Of a DNA stretch of 64,000 nucleotides, positions 11,543 through 26,895 are shown piece after piece. The notes under the pieces are model-generated. The model was given only the letters and a program-made list of their open reading frames with translations, searched no databases and was not told the origin of the DNA. This DNA comes from Podarcis liolepis (lineage: Eukaryota): NCBI GenBank assembly GCA_965112155.1, contig OZ218103.1. One strand, given 5' to 3'. Both the position numbers and the translations under genes were made by a program. Within the stretch, counting starts at the first letter, position 1, and each line of letters opens with the position of its first letter.

Positions 11543-13597
11543 TTGGCCGGGGGTTCGGGGGAGCCTGGCGGCGGGAAGGGGCGCAGAGGGCGGGAGGGTG
11601 AAATCCCGCGGGCGGAAAGTAACTTTTCTTTCCCACTCGCTTGCATTCCTGCTCTTGCACGGCCATTTGTAGCGACACATGGCTAATGGCGCCTCGTTAT
11701 TAAGGGTTTAATTAATATTGGGGTGCGCAGACGTCTCTGCCGGAGGGAAGGGGGATCTGGCGGGAGGGGGTCGCGCCGAAATCCCGTGTGTGCGTGTTCG
11801 TGTGCGCGCGTTCGAGGACGATCTGCACGTGTTTCGCAGTCGTGCAACCCCATTACATGCTTGGTCATCTGAAATCAATACTCACTGTTTGTGCTTCCGA
11901 GGCGACGAATGCATGCAAATGGAGCAACACACGACACAGATACAGTTAGATGCTTTCTGTTTTGTTTTTAAAGTGTAGTGTTGAGTAGCTGCGTGCTGCA
12001 TGCATCTCTCTCCCCCCTCCCCACTGCTCGAGCTGCATTGCTTTACCTCCCCAAACTCCTCGCACACTTTTTGTTCAGCAGCCTCGATTTTGTGTGGCTG
12101 GTGCTTTTGCAGCGGCTCCCTCGGTTTGAGTCCCAGACGGAGACGTAGTGCCAGAGAGAGATGCATTGCACCTATGCCTAGGGCTCTGGCCCTTCCAGAC
12201 ATTGCGCGGGGTTTTTGCACGGCTAGCTGGATGTTTCAGGGAACCCCGGGCGTTTCTTAGCCGGAGCCCCGCGCTGCTGCTGCTCCGGTTCCTGCTGCAG
12301 CGCCTCCTGCAGCGCCTGCCCTCCCGCTCCTCTCGTGCACCAAACCCAGCTGGGGATCCTCGGCGGGCACTGCAGCCCTTGCATGTCCCTGCCCAGCGAT
12401 CCCAGCCCAGAGCTGCCTCCCCGGCTGCCTCCAGTGCGCCTTGTCACTTGCTCGGGTGTCACGTTCGCCTGGGGTTGTTTCCTTTGGGAAGTTGGGCTTG
12501 CAACGTCCTGCTTGCAGAAAGGGGAGGCGGGGAAGGCAGTTTCTTCTCGCATAAAGTTGCTCGACCCCTTTTGTTTGCAACGCAGCAGCTCTTAAGTTCT
12601 TCGTGGGCTGGCAATAATTTCGGACCTGATTCCCACCCTACCACCCCCACCTCGCACCTACCTCTCCAGATCCCCTTACGATTACACTGCTCTGAATCGG
12701 AAGGGTACTGTTCCTGACGCCTATGCAACACATGGGAAACTGCTCCCTGAGACTTCGGACAACTTTCCTTTCTAACCTCAAACACGATCCTACCCACCCC
12801 CGGATGGTGGCCCCCCCCCCGGCCAAAGAAAACTTTAGGGCAGCGCCAAATCTTTAGATAACAGTCACACACCCTATCTTCTTTCTCGGATTTATTTCCA
12901 CAATTTAGAAACATTGCCCCAAGATGTATTCATTTGTGTGTGTGTGTGCCTTCCCTTTCCCTTCTCTTTCTGCAACTCAGTAATCTTGGTTGGAAGTTTG
13001 TTGCCTCCCAGTCTTACACGGTGAAAGTTTCTAGAGGATTTAGATAAAGTTCTTTCATTACCATTTCAAGACGTCTTTCTGGCACAGAGTGCTGCTACCC
13101 ACCTTCAGTTAGCAGGATGTGATGATGATTTTGGGGTGAAACACTTGGGGACCCAAGCGTCCAATATTATTTCCTGCCTTTGTATGGGTTTTGAAGTGCA
13201 TGTGTGGGTTCCTTTTAAAAGAGGGCTTCACAGTGGATTTTGCAAGATGACCAAGTAAATGCTTAGATGTGGATAACACTCAGACACTGACAGAACCTCG
13301 CTACCTAACCTGTAATCCATGAACTTGCAACCAGAATTGCTATACAATGCAGCTTAACTATGTTAACAACCTCAAAGTCGATTATAGGCAGATGCCACAA
13401 ACATACACTCTGGAATGTGTTTGGAACTTCTGTACATCGTCTGAAGACTAGATCTAGTGAAAAGTTTTGTCTTACTTCATGGAGAACTCAGCCCAGTTAT
13501 CCCCCCTCCCTTGATTTATTTACAGAGGGTAGTACAGATCTCCCGCTCTCTAAAACACATGCATACACCTACCTCAAGCTGCCCACTCTCCCCTCAC

Positions 13598-13622
13598 CAC
13601 ACACACACACACACACACACAC
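13598..13622. repeat. (CA)n microsatellite
   Basis: Seen directly. Confidence 0.9.
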
Positions 13623-16600
13623 TCGTATGCATACTGTATCTGGGTATTCTGGTTTTTAGTAGGCCCAACCATACAGCATGCAGATTTCAGATAGTTCTAG
13701 CACATATAAAAAGGAAATCTTAACATAAGAGACATTCTGCTGCAAAGCGCTCTGCATTCTCATTGCACATTTGGAAATAGCGTCTAGGTATTCAAAGGCG
13801 TCTTTATACAACCCACCAAGAGTGTTTCGAATATAGAGCCAATCACATATAAACCATAAGTTATACTATTAGGAAAGGCTTAAGTAGTTGTATTAGCGTT
13901 TCAAAACCCTTGTCTCCTTTAAATTTGTCTAGTATGATTTAAAACATAAGCATAGAGCACATATACCCGGCTAATGGAGCTGGAAGACTAGGACAAAGTA
14001 CCTGTTAAAGGGTTATCTACTCCGTGGCCCCCTCCACACCACTATAGGTGATTTACCTACTTGCTGTTTATCTGACATTGTCCTGGCTTTACATTAACAG
14101 CTCATCATAGATGTGCAGGCAAATATACGTTGGCTTATGGTTTATAGAAGTATTGATGCTTTGAGAGTTTATAGAGCTGACTAACTTTCAAACGGAGCAG
14201 CGCAAATGTGTTTCCAAAGATTGCTAGAATGTTGCATGCTTTTATTTGTAGAGGGGCTTAGATTCTTTTTCCGGTCGCCTTTTCTCATTTACAGATATAC
14301 ACCAATTTTTTGTGTGTTCTGTGAGCCAAACTTTAGCTGTGCAGTTGTGGCAATGTGCTTGTTGAAGCGCAATACTTACGAGCCGCAGAAAGGATTTATA
14401 AACTCACTTTTGTTATCTCCCCTTACCCAGCCCAGGAAAATAATAATGGAAGATGCATATGCTCTTTTTAAAGCAATCTTCCTTGTTCAGAATGCAACTT
14501 ACTAAACTTTATGAGAAGTTTTGGTTCTAATCCTAACTTAGGACAAAGACCCCATCACCACTTTTTGTATTGACTACTTTTAATCTTTTAAAGTGATTAT
14601 GCACACATACCTGGACATTTCTTAAATTCACCAGGAAAACCTTGGTAATTGAAGAAACCGTATTGTAACATAAAATATAAAGCTGTAATTCATCTTGGTT
14701 GTTGAATATATATTATTGCTCCTTTTCTAATACCTTCACAGTGAGATTTTGGAGGCTGTCTTTTTAAAAAGGGTATATTTGTACATGAGGTAGAATTACT
14801 TTGAAAAAGCAGTAAACCTCCCATCTACAATCTTGACAAATCCTATTTGCTTAACAGTCCTTATATCAGCAATGATGGACCTCTTCACTGTATCATTATT
14901 TCAAGGCCATTTGGTGGTTTTTGAAGCTTTTACATAAATCTTTTAGCTATTTTTTACCTTTTTCAACCATGCGCTATTGACTCGGCTTTACAATAGAATA
15001 AAAGAAGTATAGTTGGGAAGGAGTTCAAGTTAGAGCCAGGAAAGACTGCGAGCATACAAGGTTAGTTAATAATATGTAGAAAACAGTTTTTAGGATAAAG
15101 CCAATATCTGAAGTGATCATTTATTTTGCAGTGAATTACTTTAGCAAATGTTTTATACAGCATAGAAAATAAAAGATTATAAAAGGCCCCATTTGTGATG
15201 CTGTTGACTATTCTGAACTGTGTCTCTGTCTGCGTGTGGAAAAGGCCTCGGTGTGTTGTATCCTGCGTGATAGTTTACTTTGCTCTTAGTGGTAGCCTCT
15301 ATTAGTGATACATTTGGTGTGTGTGGTTTTTTTAAAAAAGTTCATTTTTGAAAATGCAAATAAGCATTCTGCCTTTGATCTACTGCTGTTGGAACTGCTA
15401 TTATCCTAATATGTCTTTTGTACTTCTTTGAAATATAAAGCAGGGTTGTTTCAAGAGAGTGTCAGAAATCATCATTTTGTGAAATGTCTATTTAGTATAT
15501 TAGACCCAGCTAAACAGTCATGCAAATGCCTATCCCTTCCATTCCCAGCAATATGTTTTGGCCCCTTTATGTACTTTCTAAGAATCTTTTCTACTGAAAT
15601 ACGTAACAAATTGTCATTTGTCTGTTATATTTTATATTTTAGATATATACAGCAATTAACCATTTGCGGACCAGAGAGGCCCACAGTTTTTAGAATCATT
15701 TGGGTGCTTTTTCTTTCTTTCACACCTGTATTTAATTGAGTAAAAAAGAGACCTTGTAAAGCATTAAATAGAGATGCTTCTTTTTTTAAAAAAAAATGAA
15801 ATTATTTTGGTAACAGTTATAGTAACACATTTCATAAATTAAGGAATTACACGAAAAAATAAGTTGCCAACTTCTTTGCTGCATAAGTACCGGTATGTGT
15901 ACTTTTATGCATAGGAGAAAGTCCATGTTTATAAAAACATATGTTGACAATGATAACACCTCTTCCAAATGCATGCCAGTTTCAGTAGGAGAAATAATCA
16001 CATTTCGCAGCTGTGTGTTTACAGGATCAGATATTTTAATAGCATATGCTTTTCTATAGGTACTTCCATAACTAATTGCGTGCATATAAATAAAATACAT
16101 AATGATTATAATACATTTCCAATGACCTGTATGGCCTTTGCAGCATTTGCAGTGTGCACACCTTTATTTAAAAGTTTGATCCATGACCTCTCTTTCAATA
16201 TGTTCATTGACATGGGAGAAACGTTTAAATGTCTTTTTCTATTTTTATAAAAGGGCAAATTAAAGTAATATGTATAATGTCAGTGATTTATTATCCACAT
16301 TTTATTACACTGTACAAATCTAGGTGTTTTACTTAATAGCTTTCTGGATTTGTATACAAACTTTCTAGCTTCCAGGGTTCTTTTTATCATTTAAACAAAC
16401 TTAAGTAAAAGAGAATTGTACTCGCGATGTGTGATATACAGTTTTTGTTTTATATATAAAGATCGAATAAACCTTTCAGCATTCCACATTTTGAGGATTT
16501 TATTGCATAGGTTTAGAAAATGTGATAGCATTTTATGTTTCCTTACTATTAAAATAATCATATATTCGATTCTATTTACATAATCCTAATTTGAAATTCT

Positions 16601-17218
16601 GTTAGATTACAGGTCGATACTTTAAAATACATTTTAGGAAAAGTTTGTACTGTACATCAGGTTTGACATACCAGTGCTAATTGGCATCCAGATGTTTAGG
16701 TTTTGCCAAATCGGTGGGCATATGCTACAGTGGCCGCACCACTCACAGAAGGGTCACGGAAAGAGCAAAGAAATATATCCCTACTTTCAGTTGGGATTAA
16801 GATCACACAAAAACTTATTGCCAACCTCAGGTTACTGATTCTGGACTTGTCTATTGACTTAAAGGGAACTATTGTAAAGTCAGTGGTTTCAGGCTTATAC
16901 CCTTACATCCTGATCCGAAGTACATTTGCTTAGAAGTCCATCCCATGGATTTTAGGAGGACTTATTTCTGAGCGAATGTGATTAGGATTGGCATGCCAGG
17001 ATGTTTTCAGCACTTGTGTTTAAGCGGTTTTGCCTTATTATTTTTTTCTGAATGAGGCCTAGTGACTACAGAAAATTGCGTTATTGGATATGTTTATGAT
17101 TTTACCTGGTGTATCCACTACAATGATTGGGTCCTCCCTGTGTTCTGATGACTTAAAATTGCCTGCTTGTAAATTATGATGACTACTACTGAAACAAACA
17201 AAGCTTTTGCGATGCTAA

Positions 17219-17845
<627 letters not shown>

Positions 17846-20800
17846 TAATCTGTGCTTGCATCCACCATGCTGGTTGGCAGCATGGCTGTGATAGTGGTTG
17901 AAGTTTAACCAGTAGTGGAAAGGATATAGACATCCTGTGTTGTATTGCAAAGCTGTTAATAAAAGGGGATTGCAAAAACATGAGGATTTTTCTACATTGT
18001 AACCTAACATTCTGCCTTTTTGAAGCTTTTTCATAAGTACGGAACTGTAGTATGAAGATGGAGACTGTATGTACAAAATATTTCTAGGCCTGGTTAAAGA
18101 TTGGAAATGAGGGTGCTGTGTATTTCTGAGTGATTATTTTGCTCAACATGTTCAAAGTCCACTATTTTGTGAGTAAATCAGTAATAACTATAAAAAAACC
18201 TTACAAGCCCAATATGTAATACAGTATGGTTAAATATCCAAAATTTGGCCGCCTTAAGAAAAAACACTGAGCACGCAGTGATGACTCCTCACAGATACAC
18301 AAACTGTCGATTTTAATTGCCATTGGTAAGAAAACACCTGCCTAATGAAAGAGGGGGAAACAAAAAGTTCCTGGTAACCTCCGCCTGTGGGTAGATTATT
18401 ATTGCTTTTAAAGGATGGGTTGCTAGTTTAACACGTGAGATTCAGGAAAATGGATCATGCATTGTTTGCAACTGTACTTCTGGCTGTGACTATCATATAC
18501 CTGCCACTAGTAACAGATAAGTGCTGTTACTGATCAAGACAGTGTGCATTTTCCCGTAACCTTGTTTTAGTCAAATTCATAGTTTCTCAGTAATTAGGCC
18601 TAGCAGTTTCAAAGCAAGCCACTTGTCTCTCTGTGACTCAGACATTTCAATATTTCAGTTTGGATCAGATTGGAGAGGAAATTTAATAAGCTTAACAGTT
18701 TTAATTTGATCTAGCATTTTTAGGTGCTAGGTACATTGGTGGCTGTTGGATGGTCTTATGGAAAATGGTAATTGGTCTTTGTTGTGTGACATCTTGTCAT
18801 TTAGTAATGTTGTTGAAATCATTGGCATGTATGATTATGAAGAGGTTTTGTGCTTTTCTCCTAGAAATGATGGCTTGCTTTAAGTTTGCAGATATACGTG
18901 ATTCTGCATTGTGTACTTACGCTGAGTGACACGTCCAAAAATATTGGTGAATATGCGATGTGTTTCTGAAGTGCTGTGGTGTGGATGCTTTTTCATTTAT
19001 TTTTTAAAAGAATAAATACCAGTGTTCAATTTGTTAATTAAGAACTGCCTATGATAGACTGTAGACCCAACTTCATTGTAGGATTTTCTGTGAGACTTTA
19101 TGGAAACCTGATGAATCGGTTAAAGATTTAAAATATGGATGCTTTCATTAAAAATGTTTGGTGCTAACAGCATGTTGCAAACTATCTTCATACATCTGTT
19201 GACTCAGGACATGCATTGTAGATTGATTTTTAAAATAATCCATGGCAGTTAATTGAAAGTAGTTGTTATATTGATTACAAATACTCATAGTATAACCTTA
19301 ACAAAGTTACTGTTATATATTAATGCAATCAGGCATAATATAATCAATTGCTTCCATTATGGAATATATATCTGGCAATATTCTGTGGTACGGTTGTGTT
19401 GCTATGCTAACAATAGAGCCTAGTAAATCTGGTAATGATCACCTTTGTGAGCTTTGACTCTCTCTCTTTTTAAGGATGCCAATGGTATTTTCATATATAG
19501 GTAAACTGCTTTTGAGGGAGTATTCATGTTTGCAGATCCTTATAAAATGTGTTTTTTTACATCTTAACTTACTTTTTCCGCAGGTGTAATATATCACACT
19601 CTTTTTCAGTTCGTTTGTGTTGTAGAAAATATTTCAATGACGCTGTGTATTTGAGAACGTAGTAACAATTTGCATTACGATCGGACAACCTTCATTGGGG
19701 TAATGGTTGTAGTTTCTTTCTTTTTTGCACTGATGTATCCCAGACTCCTTTGTTAAACCTGAACGTTGGCCAAGTTAATAGTGATTGGCTCTTGCAGAGC
19801 TGCAGTAATGGCAACTTGTACTGTATGCGCAACAAGAGCATTTCGGAAGAAAATCTTAAAGGCCCTTTGTCTTCAGATCAACCTGATTTGCCTTAAAAGA
19901 TTTACTGACCTTATAGTTATGCTGCGATAGTTGCCAATAAAAATGTATAAACTAATAGGCAGGTTGATCAACGTATATACAGCTGAGCTGAGGAGCGTCT
20001 TCTATATCCCCAAAGGTCTGCAAACAGAAAATGTTTCTTTCTACTTAAAAGTTTTGAGAAGTTGCCAGTGTTGGCAAGAGGTTCAGACTCCAAAACGTGC
20101 TTTCAGATATTTGCCAAAACCATTGTGGCCTTTTCACTCAGAGTGCTATTATTTCGTGTACTGTTCCAAGATACTTTAATTCCTGATGATTTCTGCAGTA
20201 TGATGTCCCTTTCCTTCTTAAATATGTATTTATAACAATTGTGTAGAGGACTCTTTCCCTCCTTCTTCTTTGCCCCCTCCTTGTGCCAGGACATAGTCAT
20301 TTGCAAGAAAATCATGTGCTCAAATCTAAACAATGCTCCTGCTTGCGAAGTAAGTCTGAGCCACAAAAACAAATTATTCTCCTAAGGAAATCATGCAGAA
20401 ACAGGGATGTAAAATTTGACAATTATGTGAACTAGCTTGCAAAGATTGAAAGAAAACTGAATAAAAGAATTTATGAGCAAAGAGGTGGCTAAAGTACACT
20501 GAAATTAAAACCTTGGTTTCAATTCGGAGTTTTAGCTTTCTTTTTTAAGGCCATCAAAATACAGTAGTGCTACCTTTAACTTTGGATAGCTTTTCCCCTC
20601 TTAGTTCTCTAGCCCATGTATCAAATGGCAACTTGGAAACTGTTGTGACAAACAGTATTCTTTGTGGGAGTATAATACCAAAGTAAATTTATGACCAGCC
20701 CTTTACCAGATGATCTGTATCAGAATCTGCAATATACTTGGCACGTGGCAGGGTCACCATTTAAGTTGTTAGGGTCATAACCTTCGCCACCAGGCATTTG

Positions 20801-21064
20801 ACCTTTGAGATAAAGTTAACCTTTGTTCATTAGTAGGCACTCAAGCGAGAACTTCCTTGTTTTTTACTGCAGCAGAGCAACTTCAGCTAACATGATCACA
20901 TTGTAAAAGGGGATTCTAAGCTCAAGCACTGGGTTCTGTGAGAGGTTAAAGATTTCTCTTTGTTTTTTGAGGATATTTTAAATGGACAAAGCTAGCTTGT
21001 GTTTTGTCTGCCACATACAATAGCTGATGTTTTTGACCATTATCTGTTTTAGGCATGGTTTTAA

Positions 21065-21150
21065 CAGCATGAGCCTATGCATGTTTACTCAGAAGTAAGT
21101 CCCACAACCTTACTCTCTAGCAAGTACATGTATATTAAGGTTTGCAGCCT
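21065..21150. mobile_element. Short hairpin-type MITE, probably PIF/Harbinger-derived (related copies near 4875, 16895, 22094, 52240)
   Basis: Recurrent core tactcagaagtaagtc and end aggattgcagcc followed by TAA/TTA; superfamily is inferred. Confidence 0.5.
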
Positions 21151-24100
21151 AAACATAGCAAATGCTTTGATAACTCTGTGTGTGTGTGTGTTTAAAAATG
21201 CTGAATTAAAATCTAAAAATCTGACCAAGATATAGTAATTGAATTAGACCTTTTCCTATAGATTGTAATTCTATTAAGAACTGAAGCCAAAGTCATGACA
21301 AGGCTGATTTTGTTTTGGTAGCTGTGAAAATGTGTTTAGTTCTGGAGATAAGTGACAGTGTAATATAAAGAGCACCTTTTTTCATCTATAATAAACCAAT
21401 ATTGTATATTATTTTGGAGGGTGGTGATATTTACCCCATAGCTGGTAAAGAAGCACCATGTGAGTTAGTCGGTCATGAAGCATAGTGAGATACCTTTGCA
21501 AAATTTTGGGCACCTTTGTTTTAAATCTGAAAGGTACATTGTATACTTCTAGTACAATTGATCATTATTGCAATCATCCTGCAATACAGAACATTTGGTA
21601 TTTATCAATAATGTAAAAGCTGTTGTAATAATTCTGAACACTTCAAACAGAGCTGGCACAAGATTTTGTAACCCTTGATATCTTCCTGCAAAAAGTATAT
21701 ATATTCCATATAAAGTATTTCTGATCACACCACATTATTCCATATAACTGTGACAGTGCATACTTTATTCTAATTATGTATCCTTTTAAAAAAATGTTCT
21801 TTTAAAAAATTCAGTGTTTATTTCATTTAAATCAGAGGAAAATAAATGCCATTTAGGTATGATGTGCTTTCATTGGTTTGTGACTTCTGTTGTCATTCTT
21901 TCATATGACTGTACAGTTATGCATGATTTGCTGATTAACCAGATGGCCATAGTCACAGATTGAGAACCTGCTCCCTATTACTAAAAAGCATGTGTAAGAT
22001 CACAAAGGTTTTTAGTTAGAACGGTATCTGTTGGGTAAAACAAGACTCACTAAAAAGAATTTCATATTCTATTCTAAACCTAATCTACAGTTTTAGTGTA
22101 ATCCTGCGCATGTCTACTCAGAAAAAAGTGGGTTTAAGTTCAACAAGATTTACACCCAGATCAATGTGTGAAGTTGTAGCCTAGGTGTGCCGACTTCTCA
22201 GTATGTAACCCTGTTTCATAGAGAACTTAACTTACACTTCAGCATCAAGTGCATTTGATCCTCAATAATGGAACCTTGAATACGTAGCTCCCTTTACCAA
22301 GATTCACTGTGTCCCCAGTGGAACTCCTTTCTAGCATTACGCTTCATAAACATCACTTGCTTTGATGCAATATCTTAATTTAGATGTCTTCTGGGCGGTC
22401 AAAACTTTATGAAGCTCTGTTGAGCATGTGTAGCTCTGTTCTCTGCATAGCTGGAGAGAGTTCTCACATCTGACCTTGAGCACTCTTCATTATTGCAGAA
22501 AGTGCAGCAGCCCTTGGGTGGTATCTGCGTGACACTACACAGCAGCATCAGATCAGGGAGTATAGCAATGTATATCAGTGCATCAGATTAGGGTGATCAA
22601 GTACTCGTTGTGCTTGAGTGTGTGCTTAAGCCTCATTGATTTAATCAGGACTGCAGTACGCAATTTCTTCTGAGTTATTCTGGACTTGTATGCATGTTCC
22701 ACAGCATAAGAATATATTGTCCTCAGTACTTAAATGTATTTATTCCTTTTATAAAGCTAGCTCCTGTCTGCCTTAGTTAAACTTACACAAAACCAAGATG
22801 CTAAGTCCATGTAGTGTGTTGCTACTATTGCAAGATGCTCTTTTGCTGTCCCTTGTTCCCTTATTTGTGAGAAGTTCCAGCTTCTTATTTCTGCTCGTGG
22901 GAAAGGACATGCAGACCCAAGCCAGCCAGCGTAGCAGTTCATGAGAGAAGAGAGTTGCATTGGTGGTTTGATATGGGAGAATCTTCCCTCAAAAGAAATT
23001 TTAAGGGTATCTTGTCCCTTCAGAGATTGTTATCTGGCATCTTGAGAACTGGAAACAGCTGTAGGGACAAAACAATAGCAGAGTTGTCCAGTGTCTTAAC
23101 ACTTCAATCTCTCTTGATTATTATCATCCTCCCGCCTTCCAAGATCTTTGTGCTGCACTATGCAACTGAGGCGCTTGCATCCAACTCTTCTCCAGTCATA
23201 CTGCTGAAGCTCGAATTTCTGCTGGTGCAAATGATCTTTGGGAGTTACTGTTTTATAATTCACTGAAGCAAGGGATCCCTGTTTTTATAACCCCGCCATG
23301 GATTCCAGTGTTCCCTGTGTCCAGTTGCCAGATCCAGCCCTCGACTTTGATGTGACAGCCAACTATGTCTCCAACCATAACTGGTGAAGAACTTACATTG
23401 CACTCTCAGACCCATCTGAGAATAACTGCTTTGCAGTACAGTGTAGAAAGGGATCTCTATTCATTGGGACTTTCTGTTTCGGTCAGTGGAGGAGTAGTTT
23501 GTATTGCTGGCTGTAACAGACTGTGGTTGACAGAAGCAGGATTTAGATGGGGACAACTGCATTCCCCTGCTGCTGTAATTGAGATGGTAAGCATCCATGC
23601 TAATTTCAACCCTAACGGTAGTGGAACTTATGAGTGTTTGCTATATCATGAACTGCTGGCACGAGTTCAGTCATGTGGCTAAGCTTTCTCCAAAACAGAA
23701 ACAAATAAAGCAGAGCAGCATATAGCCTTTTAATGTTTCTTAGAATACTTCCAGGTGTTTTCAGGAAAGAAGTATCGCATGATTTAAATGCTGTTTCCTG
23801 TATCCTGAAATAGCAGATGTACCCAATCAGTAAGAAAAAAGAGCTCCTAGTATAAATGTAAAGAGAAGTATTTGAGTGGAGCCCATGGCATTTATAGCCA
23901 TGAGGCTAGCTCAATAGTATGAAAACTGCCCAGTATTGCTGGCCAGGCCTAACTTGTCTTAAGTTACTGTACTTTTTATATTTCCTTTCTTTTCCACCCA
24001 GTGATGAATAGCATTAATTTAAATCTATTTAAGGCAAGTGTGGGAGAAACCACAATCTTTGTTGTGGTCAGTGGTGTACACAGCAGGGCTGGATGTTTCA

Positions 24101-26084
24101 CTTGATTGAGGCCTGAAAGCTGACTGTAGAAGACCTAAAACATCATGTCAGCTTTTTCCAAGTATTGCAAAAGAAGCAGTGTAAATTCAAATATTCTGCA
24201 GTGTCAATAACCATTATTATGATGGCTACTTACTGTCCCTTCAGACCCCTCCAAATTTAAATGTAAGAGACAACAGCAGCAACAGCAACAAAAGCAACCC
24301 AAGTCAGTTTCTGTGAAAGCAGCCACCTTACAGTTTAAAAGAGCCCATAGTCAAACTAAATCAAATTAATGTAACCAGCCTATAATCTAAAGCAGTACTT
24401 GTGGAGATGTGCTCTCCTTCCTTCAAGGTCTAGGAGTGAAATGTTCACTATAGCACATCACAAATACCAACTGATTTTAGGGTTTTGGCCAAAGTTTAGG
24501 AGAATAGTCCTAAACTTTGCCTTGCCAATGAGTTATTTACTATCCTCAAGGGAATGTTGCTCAGACATGAACTATAACTGAGGCTCCACTGGATGATCAG
24601 AAATAGATTTGTGCATTGGCAAATCTTGATATTATATCTTGATATTATAAAGCTGTTTCAATAGCTCTGATACAGATTGAAAGGTAGTACTGTACAGATT
24701 TAGCAAAGTTTTCCCCAAAGCCTATTGTACCTCAGTGAAGAAGGATCAGGTCTGTGTTCCAGGTCCTGTTCAAGCAGATAGCATGCTATGCACGAGGTCT
24801 GCAATGCCTCTATTCATCCTGCCCCAAGCATTGCTATGCAGCAGTCAGCCATTGCTTCAGTTGCAGGGAAAACCTGGTGGTGCAAGGCAGGTTGCTGCTC
24901 TTCTGCTGTTCCTGGGACCTTTAAGTGTGGTCCTGTGAAGTGCTGTCAAGCATTGGGCCAGTATTAGGCTATACGGCTACCATCCTTACATCACCCTTTC
25001 TAGGATTAATAGTATCTTTCTGGCAGTGAGTGGATGATGTTCAATAGTGTCACAGTGGGGTTTGGTAGAGAGTGGTGCCAGAACCTCACTAACTGTTGTT
25101 GTTTACCAATTCTGATGTGAAAAATGACAAGGCCGTCTCAGGCTACGGAGATGAATGATGAGAAGGACATGAGCAATGCTTCTTACATTAACATTAACTG
25201 CATGTTATGTCTGCAAAATTGGTGAAAATTGTTTGAGTGGTTGTAGGTGGACAGTCTTTGGCTAAGGACATGAAGCATTTGCTGCTTAGAGTATATTTTT
25301 GGTAGGAAGCCTGGAAATGTATGTGGTGATTAGGAGAGTGGTATTTAGTCCCACATACTTAACTTTTTGTTTGTTTCTTTAAGGGCTGAGTAAGTGACAG
25401 GAGGTGCTTTATAGTAGTACAACCAACAAAAATTGGTTGTGCAAAACTGAGACAATATACTGTATTGTAGTGATTGACCAGTAGTTCCACACATTCAGGT
25501 GATCAAGGGATAACTCACACCGTGAGTGCAGTTATCTATTGTGCCAGTTCTTACTGAGTTGCCAGGGAAAGCTTGGCCAACTGCAGGGAAGAGCTGCAAT
25601 GGATAAGGAATTAAACATAGCCAGCAAATAGTCTAGACTTTTACCAGAACCACCTTCCTTTTTGCTATCAAATTATTAGTTAAATTGTATGAAACTTTAT
25701 GTAAAATAATTTGTCTATCATGTTTTGATGAACTATTTAATTGTATGGCTGGGATTAGAGTGGGGTAGTTAGTGTTGGTGGATCACAACTTCCATCATCA
25801 CTGACCATGGCTATGCTGGAGGGCACCATGTTAGCTACCCCTGAATTAAAAGGTGCCATCTCTTGTTCTTCCTAACTAATTGGACCCAGGTGGACAGTGA
25901 TTGCCATTCTTTTCATTTGATTGTTGTGAAGGTTCCACAGTTACCCATTTTCTCTTTTATCCTAAATTTGTATTGTAATGTTATCGCTTTATGGATAACA
26001 TCTGATTCTGCATTTCATTTCCCCTCTAATCCTGGGAGCAGTGTTCTTTTGCTTTTAACTGGAGGGCTGTTGTTGAAGTAGACA

Positions 26085-26895
26085 AGCATACTGAAGCAAA
26101 GTCCAGACAAGATGGAAGTGATTATGGTGGGTAGCCTGTGTGATCTGAAATAGGTGAGTCTTCCTGTTCTAATGGGATTTCGTTGTCACTAATAAAGAAG
26201 GTTATAGCCTAGGAGTACTCTTGTATCTGGCTTTCTTCCTAGAAGCACAGGTGGCAATCTTGGACAGAAATGCTTTTTATCAGTTTCATTTGATACTCCA
26301 GCTGTGCCAGTTCCTGTGGAAAGAGGACTGAGCAATAAACATCCATGTCTTTGGAAACTAGAGGATTGAGTATTGCAATATCTTCAGTGGCTGTCTTTGT
26401 CTGAGGTTCTTTTCTGGGATGCTCTCACCTTCTGAGAAGCACTGGCTGCTTACTCTTTGGGTCATGGTACTCCATCTGTGGAATGTCTTCCCCAAGGAGG
26501 CTTTCCTGGCACCTAGTATACTATCTTTTCACTGCAGGTGAAACACATTTTTGTTCAACAGGCTTTTTAGATCCTTCTAGACCTTTTGAGGCAATGTAAG
26601 TTTAATAGATCTCTCCTGAATTAGAGCGTGTTGGTTAGAGTGTGGTGCCGATTACACCAAGGACGCAGGTTTGATCTCCGTATGGGACAGCTGCATATTC
26701 CTGCATTGCAGGGGGTTGGACTAGATGATTCTGTGGGTCCCTTCCAATCCTACAATTCCATGATTCTATGATCTGGTATTCTTTGATTTTTAGTTCCCCC
26801 TCCACTATTTATTTTTAATCAAGAAATGGTGTTGCTTTTAGCTGTTAGTAAGCTGCTTTGAAGTCAACGGATTTAATAATGATAGACACTAATAA
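26085..26895 (+). mobile_element. Degraded L2 LINE 3' portion with a nested SINE
   Basis: Remnants such as ctgaagc...ccagacaagatggaagt, ctaggagtactcttg, ctgtggaatgtcttccc, ttgttcaacaggcttt; many indels; T-rich UTR resumes after the SINE. Confidence 0.65.
26618..26772 (+). mobile_element. tRNA(Ile)-derived SINE with CR1-like 3' tail
   Basis: Head ttggttagagtgtggtgccgattacaccaaggacgcaggtttgatctccgta resembles tRNA-Ile (A/B boxes); end gggggttggactagatgat...cccttccaa...attctatgat is CR1-type. Confidence 0.8.

Larger units (their letters stand above)
10500..12850. promoter_or_regulatory. NFIA: Main NFIA promoter CpG island spanning exon 1
   Basis: Very GC/CpG-rich, G-runs at 10713-10778, GC box ggcgggg near 11185, encloses coding exon 1. 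Confidence 0.88.

Noticed and set aside
11199-12914. Multiple long ORFs, including (ER)n and (DRQT)n-rich peptides
   Set aside because: Translations of CT/TCTG microsatellites and CpG-island DNA; only 11416-11442 is supported as coding.
22955-23400. Coding-like composition suggesting an old retroelement or pseudogene
   Set aside because: No recognisable motif in the frames I could translate; cannot be supported without a search.
26618-26690. Possible tRNA-Ile gene (also tRNA-like heads at 49613 and 50031)
   Set aside because: Stems are degenerate and continue directly into SINE bodies and LINE-derived tails.
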